Source: Myripristis murdjan | Lineage: Eukaryota | Direction: 5' to 3' | Length of the DNA: 64,000 bases | Assembly (NCBI RefSeq): GCF_902150065.1 | Contig: NC_043987.1 | Span: forward strand, 1,561,386 to 1,625,385 | Shown: positions 9,956 to 22,003 of the stretch, one piece after another | Position numbering within the stretch: position 1 is the stretch's first letter | Layout: each line of letters begins with the position of its first letter | Translations under genes and position numbers: made by a program | Notes under the pieces: model-generated | Databases searched by the model: none | What the model saw: the letters and a program-made list of their open reading frames with translations, nothing else | Told to the model about the DNA's origin: nothing

Positions 9956-12900
9956 ATGATTTGGAACAAACCTGAGAAACATGGAGTTTCCACTCACTTT
10001 GCGGTGCTTAAGAACCACTGTAACTATGTGAATAATGTTCAACTGTAAACCGAATTTTTGATTTTAGTGTTTGATACTGCTCAGCGGGGGCAGGGGGGGG
10101 GCAAAGATGTCACAAGGGATGACAAAGGGCAGATGTCTTGAAAATACTTTTTTTTTTTTTTTTTTTTGTAGCTATTAATATTTTAAAGGACAATTGAAAC
10201 ACTGCCATCTGTTTTTTGGGCTGACCCAAGACAACTCTACCACTGCCCTTTAAGTCTTCTTAAAGGGATGCTGCCAGAGAATATTTTTGAGTGAGCCAAG
10301 CACTAAATAGCGTGTGAACATGCTGCAAGTGGGGTGTGTGTATGTGTGTGTATGTGTACAGTGCTTTCTTTCACCTAGAGCTCATTCCACCACGTTTGTC
10401 TGCATTTGTAGATAAGATGTACATGTGCATACAAGTTAGTACAATTCAGTGCATGGATCTTCTGTACAGACAGCATTTGTATCAATAACATGCACACTAC
10501 CTATTTATATAAATGCATATAAATGTAAGATACCTGTGTAAATGTGACAGGTATATTGAAGATTGTTCACTGTCCAAACACTTTTGACTTGCATTGTACT
10601 TACGAGTGTACATAAAAGCACTAACTTTGAAACAGTGTTAGAGTAATAATAATGATTATTTTGTCACGTGAGTTATACGAATTTGTACTAGATGCAGACA
10701 AATAGACACTATCATTATTATTACTACTACTGCAGTTGTATTATTTATGTTGTATGCTAATTTTTAAGTTTCTGTTTTTTAAAATTTATTGCCAATTTTG
10801 ACCACTAGGTGGGGAATAAGAGCAATGTTACTGTGATAGAGCTATACAGAAAATATTGTTAGATTTTTAAGGAGGAAAAAGGACTACCTTTCCCAGCATT
10901 CCTGATGAGGTCTCAGGGTAGGAGTCTACTGGGCAGGGTTGTTTTATTTTATTTATTATTTTTTTTTATTATTTTTTTTATTTCTTTATTTTTTTGAGCC
11001 AGTATTAAAATGTGGACAATATCCACATTCCACAGTCTAGCTGAATAGATGTTTTTCAGGATTCTTTCAGCACATCAGGTGCCATGTTCTACCTTAGTTC
11101 ACACTCTGTTCTCAGTCGATGCATAACGGACTGGACTCTGAGCAGTGCGTCCCATAGACTCCCAAAACACTGTAACCTGCAAATGCCGCTGCCACGGCTC
11201 GTTTGAACACCTTATCATTTGAGTTTTTGCACAGTCAGAATGGGTAGAAAAAGGAAGATCATCTGTAACACAATCACTTTCTCCAAAAGTGTGTCATACA
11301 TCACAGTGGTACGGAAGTGTATTGTATTGACTTCATGGAAAATGAATCTGCTGTGTCTGAATTAATGAGGTAATTATCTTGTTTCTGGGAAGTTTTTGTG
11401 GAAAATAAGATTCTGTTTTTCTGAATTAATGTGATACTTACCTCAGATTTCTGAAATAATTTCCTCATTGATTCAGAAAAAACAGCTAAATATTTTTTCC
11501 ATGAAAACTGTTCTCAGAATTCCTAGATAATTGTCATTAATTCAGAAATAAAAGGTTTTTTTCTTACGTGAAACAGTTCCATGGCCATACAGTAGGAAGA
11601 AATAACAGCTTCTTATTTTTATGTTTATTTTTTACTTGTCATTGTGGTGTTCCAGAGCCAAGAGCCAGCTCTTGCTAAGGTCAGCCTTCTAGCATTACAC
11701 CACTATCACTGTTGGAGAAAGGTGATTTTTTTTTTTTTTTCGTGATGCTATCTTAGTCGTCATGTCTACCTCATTTGCACTGATAGTAAAAGAATGTTTG
11801 GGTGAACGCAGTTTCTTGTATGCAGACCTGGCTTTGCTAACTGTTTTTGTTTCTCCCACATCTGTGCAAATGTTGACAAGAGGTGGAAGAGTGGGGGGTG
11901 GAGGGAGTATTCCCCTTTAATATGCCATGTTGGTGTCCAGCAAGCACCTTCAGACTGACAGCTGGAACCCTTGCTTTGCTTCTCACAAGGGATAGGCAGC
12001 CATGTGCTTTTGTTTTTGTTTTGTTTTGTTTATTTTATTTTAGTTTTAGTTTTCCCACCATTTTCACAAGACTACAAAAAATGCTGGATCTTGATTCTGA
12101 GGCTGTAACCCTTTGGGGAGGTAGAGACATTGAGCCAGGTCAGGAGAAGTCGCCCAACATGTTACATTGACTTGAGTGAGGGAAATGTCTGGTTGGAATC
12201 TCTTCCAGGAGCTGACATGGGGGGCAAAGGAGGAGAGACGTGTATCGGCCAGTGAGACTTTTTCCTTTCCAGGGGTTTCCCTGCTATTTTTTTTCCACCT
12301 CATTATTTTTTAGCCAAAAAGAATCGTTGAAACTGTGAGATGTCATATTGCCAATTTATCAGTATTCTCTTTTTTATATTTTCAAAAACATGACTTTTAA
12401 TAAATTCCAGGGCTGACAGTCCTGATATCATTTTTGCCAATTAAATCTGCACTAGGTAAGATTTTTGTATAAAAAGACACCAGTTGGTAGTTTAAACCAA
12501 GGAACGTATAAAGAAAGAAGGGACAATATGTCAATTCAAGTATATAACAAAACACACTTGCTTGCGCATTAGTTGGCCTTGTTACTGGTCGTAAACCATC
12601 AGAAGTCTTGGTGCCTTCAGTTGCTCATGAGAATCGTCTAATTTGCCATATGTACGAGCACAGAAACGCACCTTGATTTTGTAATTACAAGCCGAAAACT
12701 GTGAACCATCATTGCGCTATTGCGTTACGATTTGGAAAAGTTTGCAACGGTTTCCATTTTTCTTCAGGTTGCTATAGTTAACAGATGAATTCCTCATGAT
12801 TCCCACACCTGGCTGGGGCACTAAACTGTTAAAAAAGGTAGAAATGGGCGGGTGGCAAACCCACTCAAAACAATGACAACAGCACTGAAATTTTTTCACA

Positions 12901-13436
12901 CTCGGCATATTGTGCTTTCCTTCTTGTCCTTCTTGGTCTAAAGTGTGGCTGCAACTGTGAGGAGCATCCCATCTCCACTGAATTGGCCAAAATGTATTTT
13001 TTTGGTGTAAAGCGTCCCAGACCAGCTTGGATGGTTAAAAATGTAGTGCACTGTATGTAGTCAACTGAGCTCACCTTCTAGGATCTCTCAGTACTAACGT
13101 TCAAACAGCTTTCAGACGGTTCCAGCTCTCTAATCATTTGGATCTGGATTTGCAGCTTTAAAGTTGTTGTCTTGGTCCGAAGCCACCTCGCTGAGAGTTA
13201 TTGCCTCTCCAAAAGCAGGGAAACCCCCGCATTGACCTGTTCTCTCTGGCCTGTGGAACTATTAGCTGAGAGGAGATGCCACCCTGACCGAGAGACCCGA
13301 GACACTGTTCCATCATCGGCTGTGACAATGACTTACACAGTCAGGATGAGAGTCAGCAGCTGCAAACTTGTTGAGTGGGATGTTTGTCTGTTAGACCTGA
13401 AGAGACATGAATGGATTTTTTTTCTTTTTCTTTCTT

Positions 13437-13467
<31 letters not shown>

Positions 13468-13739
13468 ACAGAGGCCAGGTTAAATGTTCAGGTTCAATGC
13501 AAAATGGTATGAGGCGTGTCGTAAAAATAGTTGTACAGAAGCCTAAAAAAATAATTTTGGAAAAATAAATGATCCCAAAAAAAAAGGTGTCTGTGTCATC
13601 TGTTCCTGTTGGTATTATCCTAATTACAATGCACATGTCCAACTGTTCAATGTTTCAGTATTTTTTGCACAAGTTGCTGTTCTCTAACAAGGAGTTTAAC
13701 GGCAAAATTCACATCAGGTGTTTGATGCTCCAGCTCATT

Positions 13740-14230
13740 GAGGTCGTATCATTAGGGAATGGCTGCTGGAGACTGGGGTACCTCAGATGGAGTGGCCTGC
13801 ACTTTCTCCAGACCTGAATCCCATAGAAAACCTATGGGATCAGCTGAGTCGCCATGTAGAGGCTCGGAGCTCTGTACCCCAGAACCTCAATGTCCTGAGG
13901 GCCGCCCTTCAAGAAGAGTGGGATGCCATGCCTCAGCAGACAATAAGTCGACTTGTGAACAGCATGAGACGTCGTTGTCAAGCTGTAATTGATGCTCAAG
14001 GGCACATGACAAGTTATTGACACTGACATTTTTTGTTGTGGTATATCCACCACTGTTGTTGGCTTTTGTTTCAAGAAATTGTTTGAGATGAGGAAATCAC
14101 CAGTGTATGCTTCTACTTAAATGCCCTACTTTCATAATATAATATCACTGTAGCGTGAACTTTTTACATTTTCCATAAATTTCACCCAAAAGCCAAATAT
14201 CCCTAACTTTTTGTGAGTAGTGTATTCTGA
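13740..14230 (+). mobile_element. Tc1/mariner (Tc1-like) transposase C-terminal remnant
   Basis: ORF 13787-14020 encodes WPALSPDLNPIENLWDQLSRHVEAR...LQEEWDAMPQQTISRLVNSMRRRCQAVIDAQGHMTSY, the classic Tc1 transposase C-terminus. No intact N-terminus or DDE core is present upstream. Confidence 0.8.
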
Positions 14231-14635
14231 CAGGGTTTTCATTGTGGCTGGTGACTGTCATCGTCAGTTTCAGGGTTTGAGTAACATGTTAAATGCTCAA
14301 CCAGAGGGGAAAACACACTGAGCTGTGTATTCTAACATCCCTAAAGGCTACAGAGTCTCACCCCCCTCCCTTACTTGGGACAGTGATCACCTGTCACCTT
14401 CTAGCCCCAGCTTACTGCCCCATTAGAGGGTCACCATTATCAAACACATTCCTTTTTTTTTCTGAAACAAGAAACCATGGAGAACAAAGGAGGTCCAGCT
14501 TCTTCTGAGAGAAGGTGATGCAGCTTACAGATCTGGCACCTGTGCTGCCAGACACAACCACAAATGAGGCATAAAGTCAGCAACAGCTGCACACAAGGAG
14601 AAGACTGTGGATCGCTTCACCTCCAAGGGAACAGC

Positions 14636-15105
14636 GCACATGCACTGCAAAAACTCAAAATCTTACCAAGATTATTTGTCTTATTTCAAGTCAAAAATGT
14701 CTTATTCCTAGTCAAAATATCTCATTACACTTAAAATAAGACATGATCACCTTAGAAGTAACTTGTTTTTAGACAATTGTCTCTTGTTTCAAGTGAAAAT
14801 TCACTTGAAACAAGTGAAAATTTTCTTGTTTCATTGGCAAAATTTGTTTCTTGTTTCTAGCTAATTTTCACTTATTTCAAGTGAATTTTCACTTTTTCCA
14901 CTGGCAAATTTTGCCAATGAAACAAGAAAATTTTCACTTGTTTCAAGTGAATTTTCACTTGAAAATTGTCTAAAAACAAGTTACTTCTGAGGTGATCATG
15001 TCTTATTTTAAGTGTAATGAGATATTTTGACTAGTAATAAGACATTTTTTACTTGAAATAAGACAAATAATCTTGGTAAGATTTTGCGTTTTTGCAGTGT
15101 GTGGC
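14636..15105. mobile_element. Palindromic MITE with long TIRs (CTGCAAAAACTCAAAATCTTACCAAGATTATTTGTCTTATTTCAAGT...)
   Basis: The 14640-14760 region is the reverse complement of 14990-15105. The inner region carries nested palindromes (cttgtttcaagtgaaaattcacttgaaacaagtg). The whole element is hairpin-forming. Confidence 0.75.
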
Positions 15106-15109
15106 AGGA

Positions 15110-15560
15110 CAGCCAGCACATAGCTAATCGTAGGAGCAGCAGAGATCCACTTACAGCAAATAATGCCTCACTGGCCAAGGAACTAAACTGCCTCTTTGCC
15201 TGATTCAAGAGAGGACGCAAGCTGGACTCACTCTCCAGACGCAAGAGGTTAAGCCAACTCAGAGCTGTCAACGTCGAGAAGGCGGCAGGTCCAGATAGGA
15301 TCCCGGGCAGGGTTCTTAGGGACTGCGTTCATCAGTTTGCTGAGGTTTTCACCAACGTCCTTAACCTCTCCCTGGCCCACACTCCTGCACCGGCCTGCCT
15401 GAAGACGTCCATCATTCTGGTGCCCAAGCAGAACAACACCAGCTCCTTAAACGACTTCAGACCAGTTGCACTGACGCCCATCAGAGCAAAGCGCTTTGAA
15501 AGACTCGTTCTAGGCCACATCAAACCTGCACTCCCCTCCACTTTAGACCCACAGAGGATG
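15110..15560 (+). mobile_element. Non-LTR retrotransposon (LINE) reverse-transcriptase fragment, N-terminal RT motifs
   Basis: Frame translation gives ...IPGRVLRDCVHQFAEVFTNVLNLSLAHTPAPACLKTSIILVPKQNNTSSLNDFRPVALTPI, typical LINE RT motifs 0/1. It continues after the AT-rich interruption at 16030. Confidence 0.7.
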
Positions 15561-15599
15561 GCGTAAACACTGCTCTCCATGATTTGTTGAACCACTTGG

Positions 15600-15601
15600 A
15601 G

Positions 15602-15637
<36 letters not shown>

Positions 15638-16020
15638 ATATATAGCACCTTTCAAACAAATGCATGATATTCAAGGTGCTTTACATCTTGACTGACAAAT
15701 AAGCATTAAATAAGAAGTGAAAGGACAAGGAGACCGATGCACGCTCATAAAATATGGTTAATTTAAAAAATAATAATAATAATAAATAAATAAATAAATA
15801 AATAAAATACTGAATAAAATATAAAAAACAATATGGAACGATTTAAAACAGTAAAAAACAGCAATAATAAAATAACTCAAGAATAAGATACTGAATAAAA
15901 TATAAAAACAATATGAAATGATTTAAAACAACAAAGACACAGCAATAATAAAATAACTCAAGAATAAGATACTGAATAAAATATAAAAAAAAACAAGATG
16001 AAAAACAATAAAAATGAAGG
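15600..16020. repeat. AT-rich block: (TA)n, (AATA/AAATA)n, and a roughly 70-bp unit tandemly duplicated about 2.5 times
   Basis: 15603-15632 is (AT)n. 15784-15990 holds repeated copies of aaaatactgaataaaatataaaaacaatatg[ga]aa[ct]gatttaaaaca..aacagcaataataaaataactcaagaataagatactg. The block interrupts the LINE RT. Confidence 0.8.
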
Positions 16021-16029
16021 GGTCGTGTA

Positions 16030-16270
16030 CGGATGCTTTTTGTTGACTTCCGCTCTGCCTTTAATACCGTCGTTCCCAGCAGGCTGGTCACAGAAACGCA
16101 GGATCTTGGTCTCGGCAGCAAACTCTGTCGGTGGATTAAGGACTTCCTCATTGAACGCCCACAGACGCTGAGACTCGGACCCCGCATCTCCCCACCCCTG
16201 ACCCTCCGCACCGGAGCACCACAGGGATGTGTGCTGAGTCCCCTCCTCCACTCCCTGGAGTCTTTCGTTT
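16030..16270 (+). mobile_element. LINE reverse-transcriptase fragment (FVDFRSAFNTVVPSRL...RPQTLRLG...TGAPQGCVLSPLL)
   Basis: ORF 16033-16371 carries the canonical non-LTR RT motif F[VI]D[FY]SSAFNT..P..L...TGAPQGCVLSPLL. It is probably the same element as 15110-15560. Confidence 0.75.
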
Positions 16271-17379
16271 TAATTGAAGAGTCACCAGATTTCATTGTAT
16301 GTGTACATGCAGTAACAATAAAGGCATTCCATTCAATTCAATTCCAACCTCTGAGGCTCTGTGGGCTTTAATCCTGTTATCCCTGTAAACATATGCCCTC
16401 GATGCTCCAGATGATAACAGTCGGCCTCCTGCTCTTGAGGTACACTTCCCATTGGCTGACATGCTCCAAATGAGATGGGAGGAGGATGGCACCATTTCTG
16501 TCTTATGTAACAGCTGGGGAGAAGTGAAGCTTTTTGACGTGTCCATTGAAATATACCCAGTTACTGTTCACTCTAATTGTGTGGCATTAAGTTTTAAGGG
16601 TTTGCTACAGGTCAAAGGTCACCAACAGAGCCTCACTAGATTGCCATAGCGATCCTGTAGTACACAGCTATTTGTAGGCTTAGTGTTGTAGTGGCTGGTG
16701 CAAAGCAATGAGAGAGAAACCATGTCATTGGGAATAAATGAGCCCTCATCCCTCATGCAGGGACAACAGTAAGTTTGGATTGCCTTTTTTTTTTTTTTTT
16801 TTTTTTTGGATAGTATTTTATATATTCTGCATTACAGGAGGCCACAAAATGAATGAGCTGCATGAAGAATAGAGGGCTTGACATGAGGCTAAAAATAACT
16901 TTCAATTTTCTCTGGTACAATTTAAAGGGGAGGCGCGCTCAGCATCAAGGCATGTAGTTATGTCGTCACTCGTCCGGAAAGCAGAGGTGTCAAGACACAG
17001 CGAGGCCCGTCGAAAATACCGGAAGTTTTCGAATTAAAAGCGTGTGCAATAACAAATATCGCTAATGTAATGCTCATTGGACTCACTGGGTTATACATGG
17101 AATCCAACTAGAATGTCAATATAACATGTAGTATATTGCACATGGTTTATTCGATGAGTACATCATACCCCATGACAAAATATGTGTTGATGTTAAATGT
17201 CATACGAACATTGTTTTGGGAAAGACCTGCACAATTTTATAACGCTGAAATGAGGTTCAAAAATATTGGAACAAAGAAATGAATTACTATTAATTTTGTC
17301 ATCCTAATTGGCACATATTACATCCATAAGACGAAATGGTTTGATTCCAAGCCACATTTCAATGTCTTTGAGATGGAGC

Positions 17380-17588
17380 TGAAGCGGCAAAGAACTCTCA
17401 CGGTTTTATTTTGAAATAGCAGGAAGTTGCGAGGTTTCCGCTCGAGCGGAACTGACCATTCGGAGAAGTCAATCACCTAACAGCAGTCAGCTCCAGTGCA
17501 CACAGCTAAAGCTAGCAGGTATTCCTTCGCTACTTGGAAACTAGACAGGTAACAGACGCGCTGGTGCAGCTAGCACCGTCCCTCAGAG
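17380..17588 (+). promoter_or_regulatory. cdipt: Putative cdipt promoter / 5'UTR region (CpG-containing)
   Basis: CpG-rich stretch (ccgctcgagcggaactgacc..acgcgctggtgcagctagcaccg) sits immediately upstream of the cdipt ATG. The TSS cannot be determined from sequence alone. Confidence 0.35.
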
Positions 17589-17631
17589 ATGGCCGAAGAA
17601 AACATCTTCCTTTTCGTTCCCAACTTAATCG
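17589..17631 (+). CDS. cdipt: cdipt coding exon 1 (MAEENIFLFVPNLIG, start codon)
   Basis: ATG at 17589. MAEENIFLFVPNLIG corresponds to human CDIPT MPDENIFLFVPNLIGYARIV. Donor G|gtgagt, phase 1. Confidence 0.9.
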
Positions 17632-18718
17632 GTGAGTTTTTCCGCTCCCCGAAACGCGTAGCTAGCTGTTAGCTTAGCTCGGTTAGATCCGGTGCCTGCT
17701 TGTTTTAGATTGTGTGGCCAAACTGTCAGTCCCGTTCTAAACTATGCCAAGTTTAAACGGCCTCCCTCATAAGCAGCTGCACACACCCTGTACGAGCCAC
17801 TGTCCAGTTCAGGAGCTCACAAGTAACAGTTAAGGAGAAGCAAATGATGTCAGTTACGTGAAAACTTGTGGAACTAGTTAGCTTGTGAGTGCTCCTCCGC
17901 CGTGGTGTGAGGGGAACACTTCAGTTCAGTCCGCTCTTAAAAGCCACAATTGAATTCAGGTGAAGTGCTGCTTGGTGGATCATGAGTATGCCCAGTCTAT
18001 TATTGCCATCAGCCGTGTGCTGGGATTTGTGAATGTTAGCTCCATAAGCAGGCAGCCTAATGAACTAGCCTGATAGATTTGCAGTGGTGTTTGGCGGCGT
18101 ATCAGTTTCTTCCTGGGGCTGCTGCTAAACCAATCTAGACTCAAGGTGGCAAAACCTCTAGTTTTTGAAAAGATCCGTGTCTGTACATGATCATTGGAAA
18201 GGCATAGCGATCAGCTCATGAAATTAACCACTCCCAGCAGTATGTAGCATTTTAGACACTGGTGCATATTCTTGCAAAGGCTCATGGTCAATTCTTTATC
18301 AGTGTTTTAGAATATTCTATAGGTGATGCAGACAACCATGTGCAATAAAGTAATAGTAATAAATTGTATTGCTTCATATAAGGATGGAGCGCCTTAGTTT
18401 ATTTCCTGCATCACCTACAGATTCATATCAAGGATTTTGTCTTTTGGGCTTTAAACTGCCCCACTAAAGAGCACATTTCATATGAGCCATTAGAGTCATG
18501 CAGTGCTTCCTTCTCCCTTTCTAAGTGTTATAATATTCTCTTTGATGTCATTTTAAAGTGTACCCTCTTAGCTTTCATTCAAGCCTATGCACTAATGTTT
18601 TATGATTGGTCGCTGAGGCCTTGGCAGCCAGCAGCAATGTTCAGCCTCATGCTGGTGATTACAGATGAAAGGAGACGGTGTCGACCGACTTGAGCGTGCT
18701 CTCTCCTTGTAACTGCAG

Positions 18719-18853
18719 GTTATGCCCGGATCGTGTTGGCCCTGCTGTCATTCTACCTGATGCCATGCTGCCCGCTGCCCGCCGTGTTCTGCTACCTGCT
18801 CAGTGCGCTCCTGGACGCCTTCGACGGCCATGCTGCCAGGGCACTTAATCAGT
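18719..18853 (+). CDS. cdipt: cdipt exon 2 (YARIVLALLSFYLMPCCPLPAVFCYLLSALLDAFDGHAARALNQ)
   Basis: Acceptor aactgcag|GT completes the Gly codon. The CDP-alcohol phosphotransferase motif DAFDGHAAR is present. Donor is placed at CAGT|gtatgc. The exact 3' end is uncertain by a few nt (see finding). Confidence 0.8.
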
Positions 18854-19454
18854 GTATGCATCGAAGCTCTGACACAGTGTGGCCCAGTATAAGAAATAAC
18901 CCTTTCTCATTCAGCATGCTTGCACTCTGACCTGACAACAGTCTCATATCAGGGGGTGTCACTTTAATACGCCCAGAGGTGATGAATAAGCAGATTTAGT
19001 TAGAGAGAATAGTGGTGCTGAAGCTCCCTCTGTGGGAGGTTGTGTTTGTTCCGGCTTGTGAAGGTTATACATCATCCTCCACCAGCTCTATACACTCAGT
19101 GTCCAGTTTATTAGGTTTATTAGGTCCACTTGCACAATCTAATACAATACAAGCTGTTGTGCCACAAAGTTTCCTCTCCTGCTGCCTATAATGCTCAGCT
19201 TGTCTTGTTGTCACGGTAACAGAGGTGTTCATTCACTTCTATGTTTGGCATTGAGCTCATAGTTAGTGCTGCTGTTGGACTGGACTGCATTTTACTGAGA
19301 GCTTTTTCTAATATTCTGTAAATTGTATGACACACATTTGTATAAGAAGCTGACCCCAACAGTCATCTCATGGCTTCCAGAGAGGTATCATTTAGAAATG
19401 CACGTGTTTACTGAGATTTTTTTCCAACGTCGAGTCTCCTGGTGTCTTGACAAG

Positions 19455-19608
19455 CTACCAAGTTCGGCGCCATGCTGGACATGCTGACAGATCGCTGTGC
19501 CACCATGTGCCTCCTGGTGAACCTGTCCCTGCTCTACCCGTCCTACACCTTCCTCTTCCAGCTCAGCATGACTCTGGACGTGGCTAGCCACTGGCTGCAC
19601 CTTCACAG
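19455..19608 (+). CDS. cdipt: cdipt exon 3 (TKFGAMLDMLTDRCATMCLLVNLSLLYPSYTFLFQLSMTLDVASHWLHLH)
   Basis: Acceptor cttgacaag|CT, donor CAC AG|gtactg. Near-identical to human CDIPT FGAMLDMLTDRCSTMCLLVNLALLYP...SLDVASHWLHLHS. Confidence 0.85.
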
Positions 19609-19954
19609 GTACTGCGCTGCTCCCCTGGCAGACGGTGCGTGGCTCTTAAAACACTTTGTTGATCTAAAAATAATGCTTTACTGAAGTACCACACAGTGTC
19701 TTTGTGGTAGATGGTCTATGTGCTTTACAGAAGAATTGATCTTGGTTAGACTGGTGGTAGTGTAGTCACTCAGGTGTGAGTCCACATGGTGCTGAAATAT
19801 CCTCATTAGTTGCTGTGTGCTCCCCTGGCCTGCTAATTCACAACATTGTATTTCTATTTCCATTCACTTCCATAAACAGTATAATAAAGATCTTAAAAAA
19901 GTATTAAACTTGCTGATATGGTGTTGTACTATTCTATAAGCAGGGAGTCTGATT

Positions 19955-20618
19955 TTAGGGATGCTAACCGGTGGCCGTTTGACCGCTTGTTGACCGTTTG
20001 AACTTTAACCGAATAATCTTGTCGGTTAATTTTAAGGCCGAACGTGTCGTCGCCGACACAAATGCGCACGTCATATTGTCAACACCGTAACTTCCGTAAA
20101 GTTTGCTCTATCGAAAAATTCCAACTGTTCTTGAAAGCTAAGCAGTTGCTCATGAACCCACATACAGTGTAATACGGTAAACATGGCGACGGGGCGCTCT
20201 GCGGGCTTGGATTACGTCATCACGCTCAGAGCACAGCTCGGTAGAGACAGACCGGAGAAACGAGCCAAGCTTATGGTGATCACGTATAGTTTTGAACAAA
20301 GTATGTCATCAGTAGCGGTTTAGGCATGGGCGAAGCGGGCATTTTTTCATGTCACGTCGGGGGCGGCACGAGCGCAAAAAAAAAAAAAAAAAAAAAATCA
20401 TCCGCGCTGCAAAGCAGTTTTCTATTACCGTATTCATCCGAATGTAAGACGCTATTTTTTCCATTGAAAATGCCCTGAAAAATGGGGCATCCGCACCTGC
20501 AAACTTTACAGACAGTAAACTTTACAGACAGTCAAATAATATTCTCGGTTAACCGAAATAAACCGATTAATGAGGCCCGGTGGTCGACCAAGAAAATTTT
20601 CCATTTTCGCCATCCCTA
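19955..20618. mobile_element. hAT-like non-autonomous transposon in a cdipt intron: 8-bp TSD GTCTGATT, termini TAGGGATG...CATCCCTA
   Basis: Identical direct repeats gtctgatt at 19947-19954 and 20619-20626 flank an element with inverted termini. An 8-bp TSD plus a TAG.. terminus is the hAT signature. The interior is CpG-rich relative to the intron and has an internal A21 run. Confidence 0.65.
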
Positions 20619-20782
20619 GTCTGATTCAGATGTGCCACTCCTCACAGTGTATTGACTCCAGCTGTCTAGAAACCAGGCAGAAGATTTGGTAGCTGCTGGC
20701 TCCCGACTAAGAAGGGAATCTTTGTGCCTTAATTTGCTCTGGTCACTTATTCTCTTTGTGTTTTTATTTCCGCCTGCCTCAG

Positions 20783-20864
20783 TTCAATGATGAAAGGAGC
20801 AGCCAGTCACAAGACCATTGACCTCTCTGGCAACCCCATCCTTCGCATCTACTACACATCCAAG
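20783..20864 (+). CDS. cdipt: cdipt exon 4 (SMMKGAASHKTIDLSGNPILRIYYTSK)
   Basis: Acceptor cctgcctcag|T, donor AAG|gtaaca. Matches human SSVVRGSESHKMIDLSGNPVLRIYYTSR. Confidence 0.9.
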
Positions 20865-20865
20865 G

Positions 20866-20890
20866 TAACACACACACACACACACACACA
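20866..20890. repeat. (CA)n microsatellite
   Basis: The run acacacacacacacacacacaca sits immediately after the exon 4 donor. Confidence 0.9.
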
Positions 20891-21187
20891 GAAATACAAA
20901 GCAGTGTTGAGAAGAATATAAATGTCTTATCCATACGCCTCCCCTCCCATTAGCTAAGTGTGGAAAAGTTTCCATTTAGGTTTTGGCAATGCTGCGACAG
21001 GGGAAGAACGGTCTTGTTGTGACTCTGTTCTTGTGTAAGTGTGCTCCTCTGAACCCAGCACACTGGATAATGACGGAGCTGAATGTGCTGCATTTCAAGA
21101 AATATGTGAGCTGTGAAAAGCGCAGGCAGCTGTGAGCTGGTCTTTGGCTGTCTGTTTTGGTCCCTCTGACCGGCCTGTCTCCCACAG

Positions 21188-21269
21188 CCCGTGCTGTTTG
21201 TCATGTGCATGGGGAATGAACTGTTCTTCTGCCTGCTCTACGTCCTCCATCACATCGAAGAGCCTGCTG
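21188..21269 (+). CDS. cdipt: cdipt exon 5 (PVLFVMCMGNELFFCLLYVLHHIEEPA)
   Basis: Acceptor tctcccacag|CCC, donor G|gtaagc. Matches human PALFTLCAGNELFYCLLYLFHFSEGP. Confidence 0.85.
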
Positions 21270-22003
21270 GTAAGCTTGGACTGCTCCGCATATTCACATA
21301 TGACGGCTAACATTCCTGAAAATAACCACCTTAATCCAGAATTCTTATAAGGAATGCCTCCCATTTCAGATATCTGCAATCTAGTTGTTACTACTCATAA
21401 CTCAAGTGAGCCAATTGAGTATTTATTATTATTATTTTGGATATCCAGAATCCAAAGTAAGAACGTAATCCAAATCCAAAGTAAGAATTATATGGCAGAT
21501 ATCCAGAATGTTTATTCTAGATGTGAAAAATGCAATTGTGGATATCTGAAACTGAAAGCCCAATACACATGAATGACAAAAGTGACATAATTTAACATAA
21601 TAATAATGTTGTGGATATCTGAAGTGACGATTGTGGATAGGACAAATGTCATTGTGGATATCTGAAATATTCTTTTTGAGGAAGAATTGAATTGCTGTTA
21701 TCTGCAATCTGTAACATATTTCCAGTCTAACTTTTAAATGTTAAAACATTTAAAACAGCCATTTATACTTTTTAAAGATTTTTAGATGTGTACAACTGAA
21801 GATGTAGATATCTTGAAGTACAGTTTGTACTAGTAAAAATGTTTTTGTGGATAGCTTTAATGACCCTTCTGATGAGTGACAATACAGTTTGACTGACTTG
21901 GAGAAATGCTGTGATCTAAAATGTCATTACAGGCAGGAGTGTGTTTCGGTTCAATGTTCTAACAGTTTGTCATAAAGCGGCGTGTGTCTTCTCCTTGCTC
22001 CAG

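Noticed and set aside
15843-16295. 150-aa minus-strand ORF
   Set aside because: Antisense of the LINE RT fragment and the AT-rich tandem duplication.
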